Positions 13,577-27,699 of a stretch of DNA of 64,000 nucleotides are shown one piece after another. A program made the translations under genes and the position numbers. The notes under the pieces are model-generated. The model was not told where the DNA came from. It saw nothing but the letters and a program-made list of their open reading frames with translations, and ran no database searches. The DNA comes from Nymphaea colorata (taxonomy: Eukaryota): contig NC_045138.2 in the NCBI RefSeq assembly GCF_008831285.2, positions 2,356,001 through 2,420,000 on the forward strand. The letters are read 5' to 3'. Each line of letters opens with the position of its first letter. Within the stretch, counting starts at the first letter, position 1.

Positions 13577-14390
13577 AGAGAGAGAGAGAGAGAGAGGGAG
13601 GAAATTTTATGATTTTCCTTTTAGAATTTTGGACAGTCGATGGATGACTAGAAAATTTAATGTCGTCGCTAAAAGTCTTTAGCAACAAGGTATTAGTGAC
13701 TGTTTATTGTGTCCAATAGTTTATGATGCTTTTAGTGACACACAATTTATTCTCCTGCTTTTAGAGCCCGACTTCAGAATGAACCAGTAGAATATGCTCG
13801 AATTATCCAAACCTGCAAGATAAAAAAGACACTGAAGTCTCATTATACATCAAATTTTACAATATAGGTTTTTATTCTTTGCATTCATATTACATTCAAC
13901 ATTTGTTTCAAGATCGGACAACAAAAACGACATATACATGTATATAATTCTAAACTGTCAAATAATAGATGACTAAAAATTTAAACTTTGTTATTGAGAT
14001 GTTAAAAGCACCATATACTATCACTACACTATTAATCATCAATAATGCCTTTATAGCAACTGATTTAAATTTATAATTCAAAACATCATACATAGTTGTT
14101 GAAGGCACCATCAACTGTCACTACATCTAGATCATCACTAGTGCCTTTTGTAAAGATTGGTTTTTAATCTTTTAAACATTTGACATGATATATATAAAGA
14201 GAGAGAGAGAGAGAAAGATTAGTAAAACTAGATACTTAGGTCAAGGATAAAAAAACCAAACCCTTTAATTTTTTGTTAAACAATTATTTTAAATAAAATA
14301 TAACCATCCTACCGTATATATATATATATAACCATATATATATATATATATATATAACACATCACTTTGTTGAGCGATCAATGGCAATTA

Positions 14391-14518
<128 letters not shown>

Positions 14519-16270
14519 TGTGTACTCAGAATGATCTATTTGATGTTTAAATAGAAATTGAGTTTTGAACAAATATCTTCCATCCAATGTCCTTACATTT
14601 GAAAAATTATACAGATTTGGTCAAATTTAAATTCTGATTTGAATATGAATATAAAATTCAGATACAGATCAGATCCAAATTATGAAATTAAATTTTGGAT
14701 TCATATTTGGATGTATGTTTTTTCATTCACATTTGAATCTAAATTCAAGTCCGAGCATGTGAACATATGAAAAACAAATATGGTTAAAAAGTGTATCTTA
14801 TTTGAACAAGTTTTTATAATGACTAAAATACCCCACGTCGTGACGTGGTGGCTTATGATGAGTCCAAAACATAAACAGTGTGTTAGTTCGTCCTCGAACA
14901 CCCAATGCAGTCTACTTTACAGGTGCTCGGGGTCCAATTGAAAAAAAAAAAAAAGGAGTGCATTGTTTCGAATTAGTGTAAGACCTGAACTCATTGTATA
15001 GAAATGGATAACTTTTAGCAAAATGATGAGACGGAAAATGGACTTAAATTTCAACCAGCTACATGTAAAATATACAAACATGAGACTGTTTTGTGTAAAT
15101 TATTAGTTCATATATACATCACTGTTTGATGGGTCTTATTTATCCTTGGAACACAACCCGCCACCCCACAAACCCCAAAAAAAAAAAAAAATCATTTTCT
15201 AAAAAAAAGTGAAAATGCATAAAATAATCAGAAGTTCTTAACAGCGTTATTTTTCTCCCAATCCTCTAAGGGGAAAACCTTTTATTGTTTCATTAAGTGC
15301 ATGTTTGATTTAAGGCAAAAGTTTTTCCTGTGGCAAATTTTTTCTGGGGAAAACCTTTGCACTGCAAAAGCTTAATGGTGTTCAGCTAACAAAGAAAAAG
15401 GCAAAAACTTTTCTCATCTCTGATTATTTTGTCCAAAGAAACTAGTAAAAAGATATATACAGTGGCAAAACATTTGCTTTATTTTTGAAAAAATAGAAGG
15501 GGCCACTACTTTTGGCAACCCTAATTATCAGAGCAGCCTTTGAGGGAAAAAAAAAATACCGAGTCATTTCAGAGAACATAGTAAAATGAGTGAGACCCAC
15601 TACTTGGCAAAACTTTTAAAAGTTTTACCTAATCATGAAACAGGGGAAAATGAAAAAAAAAAAAAAAACTTCCAAGTCATTTTAGATCTTGGTCATAGAA
15701 ACTCGTTTTTTTAATATATATGAAAAAAACGAGATAAATTAAATGGCCGTTCAAAACTACAAAAAATATTACAACTTTTTTTCACATTTTTCATTTTTTT
15801 CAGTTTTTTTAATGCCAAACAGTTTTTTTTTATTTTTTATTTGTTGTAAATCTATTTATCTTTTGATGTTTGTGTTATTAGTTTCTCAGTTATTTTATTT
15901 TTTCTTATTTTTTTAAAATTTTTAAAAATTTATCATATTTTTTTTTATTTTTTTCTTTTTTTAAGCTCGTTGTATTATACACAAGAAAAACCTGACCACT
16001 TTGAATACTAAATCTACAGATTTCCGACTAAGGGGCATTAGTAATAAATTTAAAATTTTAAAAGATATCAACATGTAAACAAAAAATTTGCCTGATGTGC
16101 CAATATAAAAATAAGATGTCAATATAAATAAATAAATATTTTTGTCGGTTTGTGTAGGCAATTTCCCGCACCTGCCTTCGCCCCCGCATGCCATTATATC
16201 ATTTTCTCAAATGGTTATGCTACCTCACTTTCTTAAGTTGCCCAATTAAAGGTCACCGCTAGAGACTCTA

Positions 16271-18643
16271 GGCCTTGAGTGAATGAAGATGTTGGGGACT
16301 TTCATGGCCAGTCATGTTTCTTTTGACAAACTCACCACAGACATAGAGGTGACATCTTTGTATCTTTCTTCAGAATTGTTGGTCATTCTCCTCCAATCAG
16401 ATAAAAGGAAGAATAACTTTCTTCTCCTATAGGACACTTTGTCCACCGCAGGCTCGCTTCCTCCACAAACATCTTTCGCCTGAGCCAACTCCGATCACCA
16501 ACAAATCCTGCCACTAGTCAAGGTTTGGGCAGACTGGCCCCTAACTCGGCCAGACTCACACTTGACTCGCCTGATTCATCTGCAGTAATTTACATTATAG
16601 TTATTTGAATACTCGACCGAGTCGACGAGTCAACTCGCTGACCCAGTGACCCGGTCATTTGCTGATCTGAGTTTGAGTCACGGATTTGCCAACCATGCAT
16701 TTAATGCACCAAAAGAATTTTAGTGGATAAGTAATCCATGATCCATTGGGGTTTATGATACAATAAGGGAAAGAAAAGCTGACACCTTTTTTTAGATGAT
16801 TTTTTCTTCTTTTTAAAGAATTATTTTTATCATTTTCAAAATTTTTTTTTTTTTATTCTTTCTTAATATTGAAATTTCAAATTTTATAGGTTCAAGCTAC
16901 TTTGAGATTTAAGTCAAAGTAAAATACTCATAATTTAGAGTGTCGCACATTCACCGCTTGCTGTCCATACAAATATTGATTGAACTGAATATTGGACTCT
17001 CATCAGTTGTAAACTATGAAACTTCAAAGTTTTGAACTGCCCATTATAACGTTTAAAAAAAAATTGGAGAGTGAATTTACAAGTTTTAAATCCTGCATAG
17101 CTAAGTAAAATCCAAGCACGTACCCAGCAAATCTTTATAATATCTGGAAATTGGATTTATAATATCTTGAAATTGGAAATATTCCGGATATGTGCTTGGG
17201 ATCCAGAGATCAACTTGGATTATGACCTCCCTGGATTGGATGCAGCAACACATTAGAGGCCGGATTGGGATCAAAATAAATACAGGAGAAAAGGACAAAA
17301 TTTGCACACTAAATCTTGACCATTTCCAGCCAGAAATTTATCATCACCAGTCTATTTTTATCCCATATCTTGCATGTCTTTTCATTGGTCACGATTCTTA
17401 ACGTCATCGCGATTGGGATTTTTATCCCACTTTTCTATGGTGAAAAAAAAAAAAATTTGATTGTTGATGATTCAGTCATTCAATATTTTACAGCACCCCG
17501 CAGTAAAAAATTGCCCTTGGTTCACCTTCTAGCAACAGTCAGAGTTGGCCTGAATCGGCTTATGCCAATTGAATCGGTCAGAAACTGAATTAATTCTTGC
17601 CTTAGTGATCAAGAAAGCAGAGGCCTTGTATGAAGATGTTGGTGCCTTTCATGGCAAGTCATGTTTCTTTTTGACAAACTCATCCCAGACAAAGAGGTGA
17701 CTTGTTTGTATTTTTCTTCAGCATGTGTGGTCATTCTCCTCCAGTGGGAAACCAATCTAATAGTCTGATAAAGAAAGAAAGAATGATTTTCTTCTGGGCA
17801 GCCTCCCTTGCTCCGCGAACATCTTTCTCCCGAGGTATGCATCGGGTTTGGAGGCAAGGGAATCCCCTCTGCTTCCTTTTTGCCCTCGAAGTTCAGCGTT
17901 AATTCAGGATCTAAGTAGGAAGTGACATACCAATCAACTAGAGTATCACACATCCACTATTTGTAATCCAGATAAGCAGCACGATTGGTCTTTCATAAGC
18001 CCACAAGCTCAACTAATTGTGCTACGCCCCATCTAGCAGGCACGTAGGTAGAGGTGGATCTGGGTGCAGTTAGATAGAACAACTTCAGGAGACCTGGGTC
18101 ACTACCCTATGACCAGTTGAAAATTTGTTAACTATATGCTTAGGGTCCGTTTGATTGTTGGTTGAAATTTAATGTGGTAAATTTACCATGATAAATTTTT
18201 TTAGAAAAATTTAAGGATGAAATTTCTCCCTCTTCCAATCTGAAGCTCTGTTTGATTATCAGGTGAAATTTAACATGGTAAATTTAACCATGTTTGATGC
18301 TCAGGAAGAAAAAAGCGGCTGAAAATGGGGAGGCAATTGGAGGGAGGTGAAGACAGTGGCGTCGTTTGTCGATGCTCCACCCCAAGATAGAGATGGTTGT
18401 TATTGGGTTTTACAGATTGTTGTTTTTTACCATCAAAGGATTTGATTTAAAATCCAAGAGTAAAGCCTCTAATCTTAAATCTGCGGACTTCAAAGTTACA
18501 TGGATTTTGACAATCCGAATTACCAGCTTAGTAAAATCCAAACACGTACCCAACAGGTCTTTATAATATCTTGATATTGGAAATATTCTCTATATATGCT
18601 TGGGATCCACAGATCTATTTGGATTATGACCTCCCTGAATTGA
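16271..18643 (+). repeat. Old degenerate tandem duplication, unit about 1.35-1.43 kb
   Basis: 16271-~16485 aligns by eye with 17622-~17835, and 17100-17240 with 18526-18643. The intervening parts differ. Confidence 0.75.
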
Positions 18644-20005
18644 TAGAACTTATCTTGAAGGATTCATGACGCAGACCGGCCCACTAATATATATATATAT
18701 ATATATATGCTTACAAATAAAAGACCAATGATATGTCGCCTATCTGGTGGACTCTGGTCTCAACCGCATGCCCGAATTGTCATTTTCCGAAGCTTGATTC
18801 CCTGGCTGTTTTCATATAGAATCTCAAATTGGTTATTGCATGATTTGACTCAAATTATATACATATGCTGTTAGCGGAATCGGTTGATTTGAGTCAAAAT
18901 TATAGCAAACTAATTCAATGGGGCAACTGTTTTTAGGGATTTCAATGAATCAGATGCGAATCACATATGCTATTAACCATATCTGTTTTTTTTTTATACT
19001 CACATGTTTAGATTCGAGTATGAATGAAGAAAAGTCATATCGGAATCCAAATAGAATACAATCCCCGAACCTGATCTGTATATGATTTTTACATTCACAT
19101 CTGACGTGAATCCGAAATTTGTACTAAAGTTGCTAATTTTCAAAATGTAAAGGCATTGGATGTAGGATATTTATTGAAAAGTCGATCCTATCTGACTTTG
19201 AATTTAAATCTAATCAGATATTTATGTATATTTGAATCTAAATATGACTGGATTTCATTTCTTAAACCCGAACCCAATTCCGATATGAAATTTTTTTTTT
19301 TTTTTCATATCTGATTTTTTTCAAAATGGGTTGGTCTGATATCCAAAGCAAAACAGATATATCGACATCCAGCCATATTAAGAGTACCGTACGCCGATTG
19401 TTATATTTTTTCTAAATACTTTAAGAACTTCCTTTTTTCACTTCATTTTTATTTATTTTTTTCATTTATCTTTTCCCTGATTTTTTTTTGCTAATTCCAT
19501 ACGATTCAGTTAAATCTTGATTATCCTGGAACCTTCCATTCCTTTTTGGAAGAATATTTCCATTTTTTTTCTTGTTGCGAAGTTAAAAGCATGCACAAAT
19601 CAGAACCTTCAAGGTTCCAACTAAGAAAGTGAAAATCAGTGTTTTAGTGTACAAATTCGATATTTATTTTTTAAATGAAATCGTCGGGTAACTTTAAGCG
19701 AATTTGGATCTCCAATTCAGATTTGGAGTTAAAACCCAAATTTACTTTGATTAGACTGAGATAACTGGATAACGAATCAAACGCAAAGTTAACCAGTTCT
19801 ATTAATTGGATTTCAGTTAAATTGGATCTCAAAAACTGGATCTGACCCATTCAAATCTCAAGATCGTCTGGTACATTCTCTACTTGTCCATTCAGTTGAG
19901 TTTGAGCAAATGGTTGATCTCAATGGCATAAAGCAACTCGGGTTCGAGTCTTGAAAGTTCAATTTCTATAATCTAATAACTAAACTTGTAAAGAACACAC
20001 ATAAT

Positions 20006-20251
<246 letters not shown>

Positions 20252-20727
20252 CTCATAAGTATCATACAACGAGGTCTCTGTTCCAAGCTCATTGTTATCG
20301 TTGCCAATTTACTTCTTAAAACACTAAAGACTACATATATGTGGTATATGTGGTGAGATTAGCTCGGCTCAAGCTTGACCAGCCAAGTTAATTAAGTTCA
20401 GGCTTAGTTGAGTTCTGCTAGCAAAGCTCGAGCTCATGAACTCAAGTTCAAGCCGCGCTCGAGTTCGAACTCTCCTCATGTGCAGCTCCATTTATTCATG
20501 ATGAAGCCATAAAACAAGATTATGAACCCTAATTGTCTGCCATTATGAAAATTAAAGTCCAACTTAGAAAATGGGGAGAAAATGGTACCCCTCCTGGGTC
20601 TTGAGCTGAAATAATAAGCTTGTGTTGGGAAATTACTCTCTTTTTGAATGTGTAGAAAGTAATTCCTTTTAAGAGGACAATAAGAGGCTTTTTATGAGAA
20701 CAACACATTGTTACTCCCCCGCATATC

Positions 20728-20960
20728 TAGGGCCGTTCAACAAGTCGAGCTCGACTCGAATTCGCTCGACAAACTTGACTTGAATTCGACTCGTTTATTA
20801 AACGAGTCGGGTTTGAGTTAAGAAATGAATTCGACAACCTAATTGAGTCAAGCTCAAGTTAAGTGGGCTAGGCTCGGTTAAACTCCGTTAAGCTCAAGAA
20901 AAAATATATATAAATACATCTCATAAAATTATCAAAAAATTAGATTGCTCAAATGGCTAT
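20728..20960. mobile_element. Truncated hAT-like MITE, reverse-oriented relative of the 50897-51365 element
   Basis: Starts TAGGGCCGTTCAAC. About 190 bp align by eye with the reverse complement of 51170-51365. Confidence 0.7.
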
Positions 20961-21836
20961 ATACGTGACTGGTATGTGAGAGCTGAAAGAATAAGGTTGT
21001 GCTGTGAAACTACTCTCCTTTTGAATGTGTACGCCTTTTGGCAACAACAACACTTTGTTTTTGTCCCGTAAAACTGCACCTCAAAAATAGGGCAAATTGA
21101 GTTCGCTCCATTTTTTTAGTGTTCTATGAATTTGGCTTACTTTTAAGGTAGATTCATGAGACAGTAACATGCTATTGTCGCCAATCGACACTTAAAAGCA
21201 TCATTTTTCTAAGACCATGACAAACGTAGTGCCTGCATTATGTGGAAATTAAAAGCAACAGCACCACTTCAGTGAGGTAAGTGGTCCGGCCACCTGGAGA
21301 TAGAGAGGGAAAGAGACACCTTTTCATCACAATCTACCTATGATAAATGTCAAGAGACATTTGATAGACACCTTTTCATAATTCACTTGTCCTTTGTATG
21401 TCTATCAGGTTCGTAAGATATGTGAATTGATCCTATCCCGTAAGTCATGTTCTCCATTTCATTGATGATTATCACGTGATCAAGCATAAAGTTGAAAAAG
21501 TAAACCATTAGCCAAGTTGACCAAACAATTCAACTCCGATATTTATTTAGACCAAACAAAAAGTAAACCATTAGCCAAGCTTGGGCCGGGCCCGATAGGT
21601 CGGCCTAACCCGTTTATATTAAAAATTTATTTATTTTAATTTTTTTTGTTTTAAAAATATATATTTAGTATTATTAAATACATTTTATATTTTAAAAAAT
21701 TATTTTATAATTAAAAATTTTAATTTTTAATTTCACAGGCTGGGCCGAGGCCGGGCCGAGACCCGGGTCAGGCTCACCGACCAGATGCCCACCCTTAGTT
21801 TTTAGCTATGACTACACCATTTACGATAATTTTTAT

Positions 21837-22287
21837 TAGGGGTGAACAACGAGTCGTGCTCAGCTCATGAATGAGTTTGGGCCGAGTCATTTGCTTAACA
21901 AGTCGAACTCGAGTTCATGAGTCAACTCGTTCAAATAATTGAGTTGAGTTCGAGCTCAACACGTAACTACCGAGTCAAGCTTGAGCCTTAATCGAGTTTG
22001 TCGAGCCTTAATCAAGTCAATATATTCAAACAAGTTTATAAGTTTCTCGAGCCTTAATCAAGTTGAGCTCGAACTCAACACAAAACGATAAATATCAATT
22101 CTATTCAAACAAGTTTGTCGAGCATTAATCGAGTCGAGCTCGAGCTCAACACGTAATTGCCGAGTCAAGCTCGAGCTGCTTCCGTCGAGCTATTCTCGAG
22201 CTCGAGCCGAGTTGAGCTCGACGTTTCATTAGTCGAGTGAGCTCGAGCTGACTAAACTCATGCTCAACTTGGCTCGTGTTCACTACA
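21837..22287. mobile_element. hAT-like MITE, reverse-oriented relative of the 42119-42622 element
   Basis: TAGGGGTGAACA...TGTTCACTACA, with internal GAGCCTTAATCGAG repeats. The last ~110 bp plus (TA)n are tandemly repeated at 22341-22464. Confidence 0.75.
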
Positions 22288-22427
22288 AATTATGAAAAAA
22301 ATTTATTTCAATTTCATGATATATATATATATATATATATTAGTCGAGCGAGCTCAAGCTGACTGAACTCGGACTCAACTTGGCTCATGAAATCACAAAT
22401 TATGAAAAAAAGTTTATTTTATTTTCA

Positions 22428-22467
<40 letters not shown>

Positions 22468-23049
22468 CAGTCGGTTTCCAACTTTACAAAATATGAATTC
22501 AAGTAAAACATCTGGTTGAGATCATATGAACGTCAGATCTTATGCTAGTCAGATCCAAATTCGATTTTAAAATGCAAATTCATATTCCTTATGAACCTGT
22601 ATCTGAATTCAAACATGTTTAAGTTTGAAACACCGAATACAAATCTTCTACAATCCTTACAAATTTCTCATGAAAGGGACGATTTCCAAACAAAATCAAT
22701 GGTAGAATCTACAAAGCCATGCTTCTAGGACCAATGTCCCAAAGAAAAGCTAAGAAGATCTTGGCTGTTTACTGCTGTTTCATCAAAGGGACCATGTTTG
22801 GAAATTGGAATCTTAAATTCATCTTCACTTGGCAAAGCAACAGGGAATTTGTGAAGATTTTGTGGTGCAACTGCCACAATGGGGCACTAATCTTGGTGGC
22901 GCCACAATAATTGTACCATATTCTACTATGTGGAGCATTTCATCACTATTCATATGATGTGACTAAAGGTTTTTTTTTATCATCCACTACTGATGCCAAC
23001 CCTTTCTCTTTTTGACTTGACTTGGCACCAACAGGATTTGAAGCTTAAT

Positions 23050-23234
23050 TAGTGGCCGAGGGACGTTATAGCTTGTGTAAGCAATTGCCCACACCAACCC
23101 ACAAAATTTACTTTATTTTATTATGTATACAAACTTCATTAATTTTTTCAGTTTTTTACGTATGGGTGCCCCCTTAAAGTTTGAAATTTACACTTAGAGT
23201 GTCCATTAACCGGGATTTTCTAGCTCTACCACTA
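23050..23234. mobile_element. hAT-like MITE (CAGTGG/TAGTGG-terminus family)
   Basis: Termini TAGTGG / CCACTA. Perfect 8-bp TSD AGCTTAAT at 23042-23049 and 23235-23242. Confidence 0.8.
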
Positions 23235-23726
23235 AGCTTAATGGCATTTTAATCCCGGAAACTTTGTCTAAAACGGTGTAGTTAGGCGCGTATCAAGCAT
23301 TTAGGAGTGGTCTTAAGAAAGAGATCAAAGCCTCAAAAAAAAGGAAGAACAATGGGAATGATAAAAAAAGGAAGAACAATGGGAATGATCATTGACTGTT
23401 TCATAGATTGTATAGCCATGAAATGTGGGAATATGAAATTTTTTAGTACTCAAGATATAAGATTGCATTATGCTGAAAGCATTTTGGTGCAGTTTGGAGC
23501 CTCATCCCAATTTAATAGGCTTTCCTTGTTTTTGTTTTCGACTTTTGCATTGTTGCCGTAAACTCTCCTACTTTATTAGAGTTAACAATATTTGTTCGAG
23601 ATCATAGAGATTTGATGCATGCATGGATGTCGGAGTATCTTTGAACCACATAAATCTTTGTATTCTTGTGTATTTGCTTTCTTTTTTTTTATCTCAAAAA
23701 GACGCGAAGATGTTCTTCTTAATAAG

Positions 23727-24139
23727 TAGGGTAGTCAACAGATCGGATTCAGATCAGATATATCCTAAAGCATATCGGCTTTTTTGGATATTCACATATT
23801 TGAATTAGAATAAAGAAAAGTCATATCCGAAATCCGATTTTACAATATGAATCTGTTTTTTGTTATTTATATCTAAATCCGAATTTTGAACCAGATTTTG
23901 CCCATTTTCAAAGTTTAAGAGCATTAGATACAGGATATTGGTTTAAAAATGAATCTGATCCGAATACTAATCCGATCGGATATTTATGTATATCCAAATC
24001 TGAATCCAATCGGTTGTCATTTATTAAATTTGAATCTTTTCTGATCTTTTAATCGGATAGTAAATTTTTTTCCATATCCGATTTTTTCAGATCCGTTCGG
24101 TCGGATGTCCCATTCAAATCGGATATATTGACATCCCTA
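23727..24139. mobile_element. hAT-like MITE (ATCCGA/TCGGAT-rich family)
   Basis: Termini TAGGGTAGTCAA / TTGACATCCCTA. Perfect 8-bp TSD TTAATAAG at 23719-23726 and 24140-24147. Confidence 0.88.
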
Positions 24140-24772
24140 TTAATAAGTTTGTCCAACCCCAGTTAGGTTAGTAAGATCGGATTTAATTAGCTTGAGTTTC
24201 ATTTGAATGATTCAAATCTAGTTGATTATATATATAAAAAAAAAAAGTAAAGCAACTTTGAATCATTTAAATAATTTGTTGATTACAAATCCTACTTATA
24301 TTTCATTACTTATTATGATCATGCATGATTATGTTCTGGTTTCTCCCTACAAAACAACGACTATGATTAGGTCCCCACTAGGCTGAGTCGCCCTACTTGA
24401 AGCATCGTTTGAAACCTTTGCTTTTTTGTGCACCAATTATATGATGTGTTGGTGGATATGGCCAACTCCCACATTCCATCGCATAACATGTGTTATTGTC
24501 TCTACACATAGCTTCCAGCCTAAGGTCTAGACAAGCCTAGTATCTTTCTCTTCCTATAAAAGCAAGGTAATATTCGAATACATGGTATTAAATACTCGAG
24601 TATTAAGTGTCACAAGCTTATTCCTTTCCGTAAACAAAAGGAAAGAAGACTCAAACACAAGAGAACAATTAGAATGCTGGTTATTTAATACGGAGTGGCT
24701 TTCAAGTGCGACAAAAAATTCAAGTCTCATATACACCATATTGTGTGATGGACTTGAAATTGTAGTTCTAGG

Positions 24773-25185
24773 TAGGGATGTCAACGGATCGGATATATAT
24801 TTAATCATATCTGCTTTTTGAATATTCGCATATTCGGATTCGAGTTCAAATAAAGAAAAGTCATATCCAAATCTGAATCTGAAATCTCATTTTACAATCT
24901 GAATCCGACTTTTATATTTATATCTAAATCCGAATTTTGAACCAAGTTTTGCCAATTTCCAAAATTTAATAGCATTAGATACATGATATTTGTCTAAAAA
25001 TAAATCTGAACCGAGCCGTATCCAAATCATATCAGATATTTATGTATATCTGAATCCGATCATATGCCATTTATTAAATCCTAATCTGATCAGATGTCAC
25101 TTATTAAATCTAAAATCCGATCCGATTTCTTATTCGGATATTAATTTTTTTTCACATCCGATTTTTTTTAGATCGAATCGGCCAA
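24773..25185. mobile_element. Second, right-truncated copy of the ATCCGA-rich hAT-like MITE (further degenerate copies at about 181-445, 14540-14770, 18930-19375 and 52401-52609)
   Basis: Starts TAGGGATGTCAACGGATCGG and is colinear with 23727-24139. The 52401-52609 copy ends with the reverse-complement terminus GTTGACATCCCTA. Confidence 0.75.
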
Positions 25186-26021
25186 TGGTCAAAAATTTTT
25201 ACGTGAGCTTAGGTGGAACTTTATTCCTAATACTCAAATTTAATAACCTCATGATAAAAGGTCTCGACACATTGTTTCTTGTTCAAACTTTTCCTAAAAT
25301 TTGAATTAAAGTTTCACCTCTACAGTAGAATACCACATATTCAAACATGGCTTGATTTTCATTGACATGAACCTCTTCATGAGTTCAAGCAAGTATAAAA
25401 GCAATGACGGTTGAGCTCAAGTAACTTCTTCCAAACAAGGCATCTCGAGTTCAGTCGAGCTCAAGCACAACACATAAATCGAACTGCTTCTATCGAGCTA
25501 TTATCGACCTCGAGGTTTCATTAGTCGAGCCGAGCTAGAGCTCGAAAATTATCTTTCTAAATGGTTTACGTCATGCAAGTGCAATCCACTATTAGTTATT
25601 TGAGTTCAACCGAACCAAAAAAGGTGATTACATATACCGACACTACATTATTATACATATTGATATAAACCCTTAGGAAGCCCATACCAACTTTTTTTAA
25701 ATTTTTTATTTAAAAACTAATCAAAAACTAATTTAATTTAAGGTTTTCATTGTGTTAATGTGACTGTTAGGGATCACGTGGCCCAACAATTTTATGGGTG
25801 TTAGATCGGGGCAGAGCCAGATTTTTTTTAGATATTAAAGTATATTTTTAATTTTTTTTTTTACAAGAACCAAATAACAACTTAAAATGTTTTTGTAAAA
25901 AAAATATCAAAGGAAGGTTGTGGTCTAGCTGTGCGTGTGTTAGATAGTCCAACACCGAGTTCACTTCACTGGTTGACGACTATGACTCATAGGTCGCGTT
26001 AGGGTTAGGGGCGGAGGCAGG

Positions 26022-26165
26022 TAGGGCTGAACACGAGTCGAGTCGAGCCCGAGCTCGGTCAACTCGAACTCGGCTCTACACAAGCTCGACTCGTTTAACT
26101 AATGAAGCAGCTAGTTTAAACTTACGAGTCGAGCTCGAGTAGCTCGACTCGTTCGTGCACCTCTA
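26022..26165. mobile_element. Short hAT-like MITE nested inside another MITE end
   Basis: TAGGGCTGAACAC...GTGCACCTCTA with flanks GAGGCAGG / TAGGCAGG (7/8). The host begins AGGGGCGGAG at about 26007. Confidence 0.7.
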
Positions 26166-27699
26166 TAGGCAGGGAGCTCCTGTCATTGCCTTCTTTTATA
26201 TTTTTTAAAATTTAAAATTTTACATGTAAAATTTAAAAATTTTAGTTTCAAATACATTCAAAAAAATTTTAAAAATTACATTTCAGTTTTTTATTAAAAT
26301 TTTAAAATTATAGTTTGATAATAAAAAAAAAAACAGGAAAAACAGTGTTTGTGCTGCCAAACAAAACCGTGATATGGAATTCCTGAAAATGAAATTGAGG
26401 GGTTTGTAAGAAAATGGGGAGAAGTTGAAAAGATATTTCTTCAACTTTATCCTTATGAAAAGGTATTTCTCTTTTATCACTTAAGGATATTTTCGTCATT
26501 TTGACCCTCCTGGGATCGCCGTTACTTTCATCTTCCTTGGCTTCTAGTTTTGTTGTTTTCCATGTTGGAACGGATTCTCTCTACCTCAGTTTCCCCTCTC
26601 TCTCTCTCTCTCGGTCTCTCACTTTCACGGGGAATTTCTCCCACTGTAGTGCGGACAAAGGAGAAGGAACAGTGCGAGAGGAAATGGCCGTCGTTTTCCA
26701 AGAGCAAATGGCTGTTTGTATCGTGATGGTGAAGAATTTGTCGGAAGACTTCAGTCTTCACGTCAGCGTGATGATGATGATGAGGCGGTCCACGACCTTT
26801 CCTGCAACAGTTTTCTTTGATCGTCTTAGCTTTATTAGCGCATCAAGAAACGAGCGGAGGAAGCGCATCCTCTTCCGTGTTCCCTCCGACAGGAGAAGAC
26901 GGAAAAAACGAAAGCGAGCGAATTGCTTGCGATTTGCTGATTCCATGGAATCCAGGACTCGCTTCCTGCATTCCCCTGCGAGGAATTGAAGAGTATTTCA
27001 TGGAAGGAATGGAAGAATTTGAGGTACGAGCTTCATCGGGGAAATCCCGACGTCTCCGGAGATCTGGGAGGCGGTAGCTGCTGTTCGTTGAAAAGACGGT
27101 TTTGAGAACAGGCTTTTGAGCAATTTTTGGTGAATTGGAGACGAAAAAGGAAGGGAGTTTCTCTTTCCACACGTCTTTCTTCGCTAGGAATTTCAGAACA
27201 AAAGAGATGCTACTTTTGACATGCATTACGAAATTTTTGCAACTTCTTGTTCTGGATTTTTCGGTTGATATGGAAGCTAGGGTTTTGAAGAGGTTCTTAC
27301 GCAATTTTTCTCTTAGAAGCAGTTCCTTTGGCCGGCAGAAATTTCCTACTTTCGCTATAATAATAAACCTTTGGAACTCGAACTAGATACAAAAACAAAA
27401 AAAACAAAAATAATTCTGCTTCTTTTTGGAGATTCTGTTTTTGTTCTTTTCTCGAGATGATTTCAAGTTAATTACCTACTTTGCAGCAGTTTTGGAGGTG
27501 AGTTTTAGGATTGAAAAATTTCCAGTTTCTTCCTTTCCTGCTGTCCTTCAAATTCAGAAAGCGCGTCGCCTCAATGAGAACGTCGTTCATGTGCTTTTGA
27601 ATTTTAGAAAGAGGAGAAAGGATCAGAACATTGAATTTTCCAGAAATAGAAGAATTTCGAAGTGCAGAAAATACTTTGACTTTTGTTTTTCAAATTCCA

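Noticed and set aside
17609..17953. 114-aa ORF containing IPLPPNPMH, superficially CLE-like
   Set aside because: No signal peptide, no R-x-x-P-x-G core, the motif is internal, and the ORF is broken in the duplicate copy.
19890..19955. tRNA-like B-box GGTTCGAGTC (similar heads near 31910-31975 and 52845-52910)
   Set aside because: No cloverleaf or anticodon arm can be folded, so these are at most decayed SINE heads, not tRNA genes.
23336..23389. Short exact tandem duplications (also about 4015-4051, 41368-41450, 59733-59778, and 52123 versus 52401)
   Set aside because: Ordinary slippage or repair duplications with no further structure.
24582..24821. WLFNTEWLSSAT as a Copia protease-like motif
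   Set aside because: Similarity to W.LDSGAS.H is too weak, and no LTR, PBS or other domains lie nearby.
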